A stretch of 11,792 nt of DNA. Source: Octopus sinensis. Taxonomy: Eukaryota. The stretch's first letter is position 1; every line of letters begins with the position of its first letter. Shown here in pieces: positions 1-7,320 of this stretch. The stretch is taken from positions 1-11,792 of the forward strand of contig NW_021826886.1 of NCBI RefSeq assembly GCF_006345805.1, in the 5' to 3' direction. Below the pieces are notes generated by a model. That model was given only the letters and a program-made list of their open reading frames with translations. It had not been told where the DNA came from and searched no databases. Made by a program: the position numbers and the translations under genes.

Positions 1-129
1 CATATATATATATATATATATATCTATATATATATATATCATATATATATATATATATATATTATATTATATATATAATATACATATATATATATAATAT
101 ATATATATATATATTATATTTTATATATA
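1..129. repeat. Imperfect (TA)n microsatellite
   Basis: Direct reading: near-continuous TA dinucleotides with a few interruptions. Confidence 0.97.
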
Positions 130-159
130 GGTAGGCATGTATTTTGTATGTAAGTGTTG

Positions 160-345
160 CCTTGTGTTTGTTCCATGCCATGGAATTGGTTTGTTTACGT
201 CTCCATAGCGTAGCGGTTCAGCAGAAGAACAAGACAGAATAAGCTAACCAGTCTTTAAAATATTATTTTAGGGTCGATTTGTTCAACTATACCCTCAAGC
301 GATAGCCTACATCACTTCAGTCGAATAACCGAAGCAAGTAACAAA
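160..345 (+). mobile_element. Old, diverged 3' half of SINE family A
   Basis: Aligns by eye to the 3' half of 6119-6546: 'tgtttacgtctcc..tagcggttcagca..agaataag..agggtcgatttgttcaacta..cagtcgaataaccgaagcaagtaa'. Confidence 0.75.
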
Positions 346-392
346 CTTGAAATTCATCAAAGAATTTAACCATTTTAAAAAGTTGGAAGCCA

Positions 393-746
393 TCTTTTAT
401 CTTAATTTGTTTCAGCCATTAGACTGCGGCCATGCTGGGGCACCACCTTGAAGAATCTCTAGTTGAATGAATCGAACCCCAGCACTTATTTCCTTTTAAT
501 CCTGGTGCTTGTTCTATCGGACTCTTTTTGCTGAAACGCTAAGTTACAGGGACGTAAACACACCGACACCGGTTTTCAAACCGGGGCTGGGGACAAACAC
601 ACACACACACACACACATATATACGATGGGTTTCTTTCAATTTCCACCTACCAAATCCACTCACAAAGCTTTGGTCGACCCGAGGCTATGGCCAAGGCGC
701 CACGCACTAAGACTGAACTTGGAGCCATATGGTTCATAAGCAAGCC
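393..746 (-). mobile_element. SINE family A copy, 5'-truncated, with a small internal deletion
   Basis: Reverse complement of the family A body ('ctaccaaatccactcacaaagctttggtcgacccgaggctat'), internal (CA)n(TA)n at ~596-622, and tail 'ttgtttcagccattagactgcggccatgctggggcacc'. Confidence 0.9.
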
Positions 747-919
747 TCAATTTTTTTTTAAACATCACAGTTTACCACATATTTTTCACTCCTCCCAACC
801 ATCACCCCAGGGGGCCTCCCCGCTTGAAAAGTACGGGTATAGTCGACCAGCTGAAATAGTGATTACTCAATGCTGCCTCTGCCTGGTGCTGTAATAAATA
901 CTTCATCTACACACACAAA

Positions 920-1075
920 GGCGTAGGCATGGCTGTGTGGTTAAAAAGCTTTCTTTGTAACTACGTGGCTTGGGTTCAGTTCCCACTGTGCAGCACCTTC
1001 TACAGATGTCTTTCACTATAACCCCCTGGCCGACTAGTGCCTTGCGAGTGACTATGGTAGGCAGAAACCCGTCAT
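920..1075 (+). mobile_element. Diverged 5' half (tRNA-like head) of SINE family A
   Basis: 'ggcgtaggcatggctgtgtgg...gggttcagttcccactgtgcagcacc...ggccgac' matches the head of 6119-6280; A-box-like tggctgtgtgg and B-box-like ggttcagttcc. Confidence 0.85.
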
Positions 1076-1111
1076 ATATATATATATATATATTATATAT
1101 ATTATATATAT

Positions 1112-1142
<31 letters not shown>

Positions 1143-1191
1143 TATATATATTATATATATATATATTATTATCTATATAATATATAGTATA
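1074..1191. repeat. Imperfect (TA)n microsatellite
   Basis: Direct reading. Confidence 0.95.
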
Positions 1192-1342
1192 TTCCTTTAC
1201 TCCTTTACTTGTTTCAGTCCATTTGACTGCGGCCATGCTGGAACACACCGCCTTTAGTAGAAGTAATCGACCCCAGAACTTATTCTTTGTAAGCGTACTA
1301 CTTATTCTATCGGTTCTTGTGACTGCCCTTTTTGAACGGCTA
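1192..1342 (-). mobile_element. 3' tail fragment of SINE family A
   Basis: 'tttacttgtttcagtccatttgactgcggccatgctggaacacaccgcctttagt...cttattctttgtaagc..tacttattctatcggt' is the reverse complement of ~6400-6540. Confidence 0.9.
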
Positions 1343-1398
1343 GAAGTGGCCTCCCCTTGAGCCGGTAGGTCTAGATTAAAGCAGAAATGCAAAGGCAA

Positions 1399-1484
1399 AC
1401 GGTTTAGCAATACTTGACAAGGACATTTAATTTAGTTATTTTTATATACAGATAAATTAAATGTCTTTGTCGAGTCTTGCCAAA

Positions 1485-1488
<4 letters not shown>
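1399..1488. other. Isolated ~90-nt stem-loop (33-bp core stem, 18-nt loop), pre-miRNA-like or a palindromic MITE remnant
   Basis: Arm 1402-1434 gtttagcaatacttgacaaggacatttaattta is the reverse complement of arm 1453-1485 taaattaaatgtctttgtcgagtcttgccaaac at 29/33 positions. The structure is seen directly; the function is unknown. Confidence 0.85.
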
Positions 1489-1533
<45 letters not shown>

Positions 1534-1535
1534 AT
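1486..1535. repeat. (TG)n(TA)n compound microsatellite
   Basis: Direct reading. Confidence 0.95.
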
Positions 1536-1536
1536 T

Positions 1537-2031
1537 TCCATTTTTATTGTTTTTGTACTGCTTAAAGGCACGTTTCTTTCCTACCAAGTTTACTATTAAA
1601 CCATGTTTGTGTTTCTCCCAGTCAACAGCCTTATCAATTACTGGTACTCCTTAAACTCTTCGGTTGCATATTTGTGTGAATAAAAATATATACACCCACG
1701 AGCAAAACGCCCCCCCCCCCCCGTCCAATGGACGGTGCTGATTGACAAACATTTAAACCAAATTTTCTCAAAACAAATTGTCCGACCGTCCATAGGCCTC
1801 CCTTTGGAGAAACACTGATTTAACCTAAATTTGAGACCCCAGCAAAAAAGAAAATAAAGGTAGAGCTTTTTTCTATTCCAAAGAAAAACGATTTATTCAC
1901 ACAAATATGCAACCGAAGAGTTTAAAGTACCAGTATGATAAGGCTGTTGACTGGGAGAACACACAACATAGTTTAAATAGTAAGCTTGGCAGGAAAAAGT
2001 GCCTTTAAGCAGTGCAAAACAACAAAATGGA
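1537..2031. repeat. Long inverted repeat: arms 1537-1684 and 1892-2031, 207-bp spacer; probable foldback/DNA-transposon relic
   Basis: Arms share perfect blocks of 34 bp (ttaaactcttcggttgcatatttgtgtgaataaa) and 24 bp (ttctcccagtcaacagccttatca), with small indels elsewhere. No TSD visible; the left end abuts (TA)n. Confidence 0.9.
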
Positions 2032-2231
2032 GATTCCCGTTATGTACTGGTTGACGGAAGAAAAGCAGGACAAAAACGGCTTTATTGATCGCATTCTCAC
2101 CTGGAATCGAGTTTTGTAATTTTTTCAAAAACTTATACACGCCTGATAACCGCCAGTATCTACATTTCAATTGAGCGCAATTGGATGGAGGATGCCCGAG
2201 ATCCTAGAAGACACACACATAGACACATAGC

Positions 2232-2630
2232 CAGGAGTGGCTGTGTGGTAAGTAGCTAGCTTACCAACCACAATGGTTCCGGTGTTCCTCCCACTGCGTG
2301 GCATCTTGGGCATGTGTCTTCTGCTATAGCCTCGGGCCGACCAATGCCTTGTGAGTGGATTTGGTAGACGGAAACTGAAAGAAGCCTGTCGTTTATATGT
2401 ATTATATATGTATTTGGGTGTATATGTTTGTGTGTCTGTGCTTGTCCCTCTAGCATTGCTTGACAACCATTGCTGGTGTGTTTACGTCCCGTCACCTAGC
2501 GGTTCGGCAAAAGAGGACGATAGAATAAGTACTGGGCTTACCAGAATAAGTCCCGGGGTCGATTTGCTCGACTAAAGCGGTGCCCAGCATGGCAACATCA
2601 ATGACTGAAACAAGTAAAAGAGTAAAAGAG
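2232..2630 (+). mobile_element. Near full-length tRNA-derived SINE, family A
   Basis: Head caggagtggctgtgtggtaag, body 'tgggcatgtgtcttctgctatagcctcgggccgacc', internal TA/TG tract ~2393-2435, (agtaaaag)n tail; colinear with 6119-6546 and 9327-9950. Confidence 0.95.
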
Positions 2631-2631
2631 C

Positions 2632-2661
2632 ATATATATATATATATATTTTCGTACGTAC

Positions 2662-2692
<31 letters not shown>

Positions 2693-2732
2693 TGTATGTA
2701 TGTATGTATGTATGTATGTGTGCGTGCGTGTG
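2632..2732. repeat. (TA)n, (TATG)n and (TG)n compound microsatellite
   Basis: Direct reading. Confidence 0.95.
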
Positions 2733-2936
2733 TCTGTTTACCTACCACGACTTGACACCTAGCTTCGGTCAGTTGATGCCTCCGTAACTAAGCGGCTTGG
2801 CAAAAGAGGGCGATTAGTACTAGACTTAAGAAAACTAAGTGCTTGGGTTGATTGGTTCGTCTAAAATCATCAGAAGACTCCTTGAAGGGTATAAGATGAT
2901 AAAAGGAGATAATCTGAATGACCGAACAGACAAGTG
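2730..2936 (+). mobile_element. Old, diverged 3' half of SINE family A
   Basis: 'cttgacacc..ccgtaactaagcggcttggcaaaagag..agtactagactta..taagtgcttgggttgattggttcgtctaaa..aatgaccgaa' follows the family A tail order. Confidence 0.7.
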
Positions 2937-3157
2937 GAAGAACTCGGAGGAGCGGGTGAAGCCGGCCTTCTTAGTAAGAAAGAGGAGAGAAAGAGAAAGA
3001 ATGAGAGAGAGGGGCTGGGGGTGGGGTCCTTGAAAGGCCTTTCTAAAAGTTTCTTTGTTGATATTTTCACCAGAAGCCTATCTGTTTGTCCTTTAGAATG
3101 AGATCCTCAACCTTCCCCTTTTTTTTCTGTACTCCATCAACTCGTACAATAATTAGA

Positions 3158-3598
3158 TTAAGAAGGAGCGGGGTAGCTGTGGGTTTTCACAGTCGGTGGT
3201 GTTGCTCTTCCTACTGCTGCTACCACCACCACCACCACCACTATCATCATCATCACCACCGCCATCATCACCACCACCGTCATCATCACCGCCGCCACCA
3301 CCACCGCCACCACCGCCATCACCACCGCCACCACCAACACCACGACGACGACCACCACCACCACCACCATCACCACCACAGTACCAACACCACCATCACC
3401 ACCACCACCACCGCCGCCACCACCACCACCATCACCACCACCGCCATCACCACCGCCACCATCATCATCACCCCACCCCCCACCACCACCACCGCCGCTG
3501 CTGCTCTTGTTATTGGTGTTGATTCTCTTTTTCTTTTGATGGGTTGTTGTTGTTGCTACGGATCTTGCTGTGCTCATCTGTTTTCCAGTTGACGCCAT
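3158..3598 (-). CDS. Speculative low-complexity Gly-rich ORF; probably non-coding
   Basis: ATG in good context (acaATGGCG) and a non-repetitive N-terminus MASTGKQMSTARS..KKKR, but most of the ORF is the GGT tract and there is no recognisable domain. Confidence 0.12.
   Translation of the reverse strand: MASTGKQMSTARSVATTTTHQKKKRINTNNKSSSGGGGGGGWGDDDGGGGDGGGGDGGGGGGGGGGGDGGVGTVVVMVVVVVVVVVVLVVAVVMAVVAVVVAAVMMTVVVMMAVVMMMIVVVVVVVAAVGRATPPTVKTHSYPAPS
3222..3497. repeat. Imperfect (CAC)n/(GGT)n trinucleotide tract
   Basis: Direct reading; CAC with CAT/CGC variants and one phase slip at ~3380. Confidence 0.95.
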
Positions 3599-3841
3599 TG
3601 TGATTGCGTGTTCAACTTGTTATTAATGTTGTTGTTACGACTGTTTTGTTTTTGTTGTGATTTGTTATGCATAAGGGTTTCTCCTGGTACTTTTGTGTTT
3701 GTCTTTGTGGCTTTTAGATCTTGTCGCTTAAGCTGTTGTCATTGTTTTGATGGAGAGCCGTGTCCCCGTCAGTCGTTACCCTATCACAACAAATAAAACC
3801 CCCTTATTTATTTTAAATAAAAGAAAACAGCAAGCAACAAT

Positions 3842-3977
3842 AATAGTTTCAAATTTTGGCACAAGGCCAGCAGTTTCGGGGGTGGGGTTAAGTCGATTGC
3901 ATTAACCCCAGTGCTCAACTTGTACTTATTTTGTTGACCCCCGAAAGGACAAAAGGTAACGTCGACTTTGGGGGAAT
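3842..3977 (-). mobile_element. 5'-truncated SINE family B with alternative tail (B2)
   Basis: 'tttcaaattttggcacaaggccagca..ggggttaagtcgatt..ccccagtgc..gtacttatttt..gacccccgaaagga..aaagg..gtcgac' shares the central block with 3984-4213 in reverse; the tail is shared with 6780, 7321, 10003, 10085 and 10475. Confidence 0.85.
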
Positions 3978-3983
3978 ATATAA

Positions 3984-4213
3984 AGGCGGCGAGCTGGCAG
4001 ACACGTTAGCGCGCCGGGCGGAATGCTTAGCGGTATTTCGTCTGTCGATACGTTCTGAGTTCAAATTCCGCCGAGGTCGACTTTGCCTTTCATCCTTTCG
4101 GGATCGATAAATAAAAGTACATTTCGCACTGGGGTCGATGTAATCGACTTAATCCGTTTGTCTGTCCTCGTTGTCCTCCTCTATGTTTAGCCCTTGTGGG
4201 CAATAACGAAATA
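3984..4213 (+). mobile_element. Full-length tRNA-derived SINE, family B (B1 tail)
   Basis: Head aggcggcgagctggcag, B-box-like gagttcaaattcc (~4057-4069), central gtcgactttgcctttcatcctttcggg, tail tttagcccttgtgggcaataacgaaata; reverse copies at 8410 and 10242. Confidence 0.95.
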
Positions 4214-4216
4214 TAT

Positions 4217-4250
<34 letters not shown>

Positions 4251-4251
4251 T
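4211..4251. repeat. (TA)n microsatellite
   Basis: Direct reading. Confidence 0.95.
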
Positions 4252-4587
4252 TAAGACCCCCTTCGGTCACGACACGGGCCATGGGATTGCACCTAGAAGT
4301 TACCCTCCAGACACACGTTCGGGCAAGGTTGTTATGGAAGACCAGCAGTCACCCATGCATACCGGCCTCCCCTCTCCACGACACCAGTGTTATCCAAGGG
4401 AAAGGCAAAGGGGGTCGGTACAGCTTGGCACCTGTGACGTCGCAACTCATTTCTACAGCTGAGTGAACTGCAGCAACGTGAAATAAAGTGTCTTGCTCAA
4501 GAGCACAACACGCAGCCCGGTCCGGGATTCGAGCTGACTACCTCACGATCGTAAGCTCAACGCTCTAACTACTGATCCATGCACCTT

Positions 4588-4590
<3 letters not shown>
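4252..4590 (-). mobile_element. tRNA-derived SINE family C with CORE-like central region (resembles octopus OR2 as I recall it)
   Basis: Minus strand reads gtgaaggtgcatggatcagtagttagagcg (A-box-like)..gctcgaatccc (B-box-like), then 'tgtgctcttgagcaagacactttatttcacgttgctgcagttcactcagctgtagaaatgag'. The family name is from memory and unverified. Confidence 0.85.
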
Positions 4591-4620
<30 letters not shown>

Positions 4621-4621
4621 G

Positions 4622-4750
4622 TGTACCTTTCTGTAGAAGAGCGTAGGCTCGAAACGTAAAATACTTTTTCTATTCCTGAGCGTTATACTAATACATCTGT
4701 TTGTTTTGTACACCACCAGTCTTCGTCTTTTGTTTTTTTCGTATACTCTC

Positions 4751-4752
<2 letters not shown>
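4622..4752 (+). mobile_element. Penelope-like element terminal (pseudo-LTR) fragment embedded in microsatellites
   Basis: ~130-bp island between (CA)n(TA)n and (AT)29 that starts with a minimal hammerhead-like motif and ends in a T-rich tract; minimal hammerheads are an established feature of Penelope-like pLTRs. Confidence 0.65.
4623..4664 (+). ncRNA. Variant minimal type I hammerhead ribozyme motif
   Basis: ttt-CTGTAGA-A-GAGC-gtag-GCTC-GAA-ACGT-A-aaa: core 4631-4637 (U instead of canonical A6), 4-bp helix II, GAAA box, palindromic ACGT helix III, GUA cleavage triplet (after 4658) and a short helix I. Confidence 0.65.

Positions 4753-4810
<58 letters not shown>
4753..4810. repeat. Perfect (AT)29 microsatellite
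   Basis: Direct reading, 58 nt. Confidence 0.98.
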
Positions 4811-4812
<2 letters not shown>

Positions 4813-6118
4813 TCAGTGAAATTGTGAATCTGAAGTTAATATACGTGAAAGAAATAAGGAGTGAGAAGGAGAGAGAAAAGGAAAGATGAAGGAGGGAGAC
4901 AAATAGTGTGATGAGTTGGGGAGAGGAGATAAACTTTAGAATGTGACAGAACGGTCGGAGTGTCAAGGATGTGGAATTATTGGACAAAATATTAGACTAA
5001 CTTGAATAAAACAGTAACGAAATTCTTGCCAACCTTAGAGGATATGATAGAAAGACGGTAAAGCAGAGAAAATGAAAGAACTTGACAAATGTTATAGGAT
5101 ATGTGTTGTTTCTCTCCTCCTGACAGTAAATAATTTATACAAGTCATAGCAGTTGTGTCAAAAGAGATTAGCAACAAGTCAAGTAAACCGAGAACATAAA
5201 AGATAAATACCTTCGTCGAAATGACGGTTAGATGGTAGCGTCATGAGCGTGAGATGAAAAAGCGAGTGAACAACGGCTCCTTAAAGAAGGTACGTTAAGA
5301 AAAGAAAGTGTCATTAATACAGTAGAAAGAATATACAGAATGAAAAAGGAAATGAGAAGAATAAACGATGTAACTGAAGAACTGGAGTAAAAGAGTAACG
5401 GCAAAGGTAGCTAAGGTAAAGAACGCGGTATGAGAAAAGAATGGATCAGTTTCTGCCGAGCAGGTTGTTTGAAAATAGTCTGGAGAGATTGTTTGAAAAA
5501 ATTGGCGGGGGAGAAAGAAGCAACGATGGTGTATCAAGTGCTGAGAGAAGAGCAGAAAGTTTGGATCTTTTCGGTTTGAACGGCAGTTTTTTTCTCGCGG
5601 TGTCATATGAAATTGTCACCCATAATTATGACCCTAGTATCGATCTATTGCATTTCAATCTGTTTTAGGTTTAGGGGTGGGGGGAAGGGTATCTTTTTTT
5701 TTCTTCACAAATGTAAATAAACCCAATCTGTTTCTTAAACGAGGAACATATTCATACGGCAGAGAATGTTATTTACCTCAATAAACGTCAGTGATTGGTT
5801 GAAATTGCAGAAATTGAAGACAAAAAACAACAAATATCTTACAAACTATAGAATTTTCTCAAGAATCCAAGAGAAAAAGATATTTTATAAACGCATTCTA
5901 CCAGTATACAAAGTTTAAAAATTTTTTAGTTACCTAGAAATTATGTAAAAAACTGCCGTTCAAACCGAAAAGATCCGAAAGTTTTGGAATGAGCAAGAAG
6001 ATAACCAGAATAAGGAGACAAGGCAGATAGTTGTAGACAACGAATTAACACGAGTAAAACAATAGGTCAACATAGGAATCACTTCAGAGCTCAAAGAAAA
6101 ATAAGCTTAAAAATTGTC
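4811..6118 (-). pseudogene. Purine-skewed relic interrupted by the MITE; possibly a heavily decayed Penelope-like ORF
   Basis: Strong A/G excess on the + strand on both sides of the MITE. Broken minus-strand peptides FISRS*RYHL (~5260-5230) and IIPHP*HSDRSV / LKFISSP (~4980-4915) loosely recall the Penelope N-terminal motifs 'FLxRC' and 'LSxxExSVLxKGLxFxPxP' in the right order. Weak evidence. Confidence 0.25.
5563..5976. mobile_element. 414-bp non-autonomous DNA transposon (MITE), Merlin-like
   Basis: Perfect 30-bp TIRs ggatcttttcggtttgaacggcagtttttt (5563-5592) and aaaaaactgccgttcaaaccgaaaagatcc (5947-5976); exact 8-bp TSD gaaagttt at 5555-5562 and 5977-5984. GG..CC termini with an 8-bp TSD fit Merlin; the superfamily is an inference. 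Confidence 0.95.
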
Positions 6119-6286
6119 CAGGAGTGGCTGTGTGGTAAGTAGCTGGTTTACCAACCACGTGGTTCTGGGTTCAGTCCCACTGCGTGGCACCTTGGGTAAG
6201 TGTCTTCTACTATAGCCTCGGGCCGACCAAAGCCTTGTGAGTGGATTTGGTAGACGGAAACTGAAAGAAGCCCGTCGTATATATGC

Positions 6287-6319
<33 letters not shown>

Positions 6320-6546
6320 CGTGTGTGTGTTTGTGTGTCTGTGTTTGTCCCCCTAGCATTGCTTGACAACCGTTGCTGGTGTGTTTATGTCCCCGTTACT
6401 TAGCGGTTCGGCAAAAGAGACCGATAGAATAAGTACTGGGCTTACAAAAATATAAGTTCCGGGGTCGAGTTGCTCGACTAAAGGCGGTGCTCCGGCATGG
6501 CCGCAGTCAAATGACTGAAACAAGTAAAAGAGTAAAGAGTAAAGAG
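6119..6546 (+). mobile_element. Near full-length tRNA-derived SINE, family A
   Basis: A-box-like tggctgtgtgg, B-box-like gggttcagtccc, 'accttgggtaagtgtcttctactatagcc', internal (TA)n(TG)n ~6278-6337, (gtaaaga)n tail. Confidence 0.95.
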
Positions 6547-6547
6547 A

Positions 6548-6704
6548 GGTGGTTATTCACACTTAGTGGCGGGCCGAAAGTAACATATACCTGTAAGGTC
6601 GGCTAGAGGTGGGGAATGCTTACATCATGATCATGATCATGATCATCATCTGTTACCGTGTGACCGTCAGGAGTTGCCCTGATTCAGGTCTGACTGGACT
6701 GAAG
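6548..6704 (-). repeat. Inverted partial copy of the 7784-8266 repeat unit
   Basis: Reverse complement aligns to 7812-7962 with about 24 mismatches in 151 nt plus one 6-nt indel (hand count); 28-nt perfect block tgacggtcacacggtaacagatgatgat. Confidence 0.92.
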
Positions 6705-6779
6705 GTACCCGGACCGGACGGTCGGTCCGCTAGGTCTCCAGCGAAAGAACATTAAAACGCTCAAACAACAACAACAATT

Positions 6780-6988
6780 ATAATTGTTTCTAATTATAGC
6801 ACAAGACCAGAAATTTTGAGAGGAGGGGCAAGCAAACAAATCGATCCCACTTTTCAGTTAGTAGTTTTTTGCTTTTTTTTTATCGACCCCGAAAGGATTA
6901 AAAGATGAAGTTGAACACGGCGGTATTTGAATACGGAAGTGCTGGAAGAAATGCCATTGAGTATTTAGTCCGATGCGCTCGGCACCTT
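6780..6988 (-). mobile_element. Diverged SINE family B (B2 tail) whose head is the target of the family D insertion
   Basis: 'gtttctaattatagcacaagaccag..ttttatcgaccccgaaagga..cggcggtatttgaa..gaagaaatgcc'; the head end is repeated after element D as tcgacgcctt (7300-7309). Confidence 0.8.
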
Positions 6989-7299
6989 TTTTTTTTGCGC
7001 CCTTTTCAAGTCTAGCCAGGCTCATGGGCCCGGTTTCCCGGTTTCTATGGCGTATGTGGTCCCCCCAGCTGGACGGGATGCCAGTCCATCGCAGCATTAC
7101 TCAAGAAACAGGAAGAAAGAGTGAGAGAAAGTTGGGACGAAAGAGTACAACAGGGGTCGCCACCTCCCCGTGCCGAAGCCTCGTGGAGCTTTAGGTGTTT
7201 TCCCTCAATAAACACACACAACGCCCGGTCTGGGAATCAAAACTGCGATCCTCCGACCAAGAGTCAGCTGCCCTAACCACTGGGCCATTGAGCCTCCAC
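6989..7299 (-). mobile_element. Full-length tRNA-derived SINE family D with oligo(A) tail (head resembles octopus OR1 as I recall it)
   Basis: Minus strand: gtggaggctcaatggcccagtggttagggcag (A-box tggcccagtgg)..gttttgattcccaga (decayed B-box)..gctgcgatggactggcatcccgtccag..aagggcgc(A)n; imperfect 10-bp TSD tcggcacctt (6979-6988) / tcgacgcctt (7300-7309). Confidence 0.88.
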
Positions 7300-7320
7300 T
7301 CGACGCCTTAACAACACCAA

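Noticed and set aside
2027-2119. Peptide MEIPVMYWLTEEKQDKNGFIDRILTWNRVL resembling mariner 'LTEEQK' and 'FLDRIVTGDE'
   Set aside because: Motif spacing is too short, the catalytic GDE is absent and the frame is only 30 codons; cannot be separated from chance without a translated search.
3086-3592. Plus-strand poly-His/poly-Thr/poly-Pro ORFs
   Set aside because: (CAC)n has no stop codons in any frame, so long ORFs are expected; no ATG start in good context and no domain.
4510-4590. tRNA-like segments here and at 7225-7299, 3984-4075 and 6119-6190
   Set aside because: They have A/B-box-like motifs but run straight into SINE bodies and lack a clean cloverleaf; SINE heads, not tRNA genes.
6699-6750. 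ctgaagg...gaaa around a GC hairpin as a second hammerhead
   Set aside because: Core is not CUGANGA, the hairpin is not positioned as helix II, and helices I and III cannot be built.
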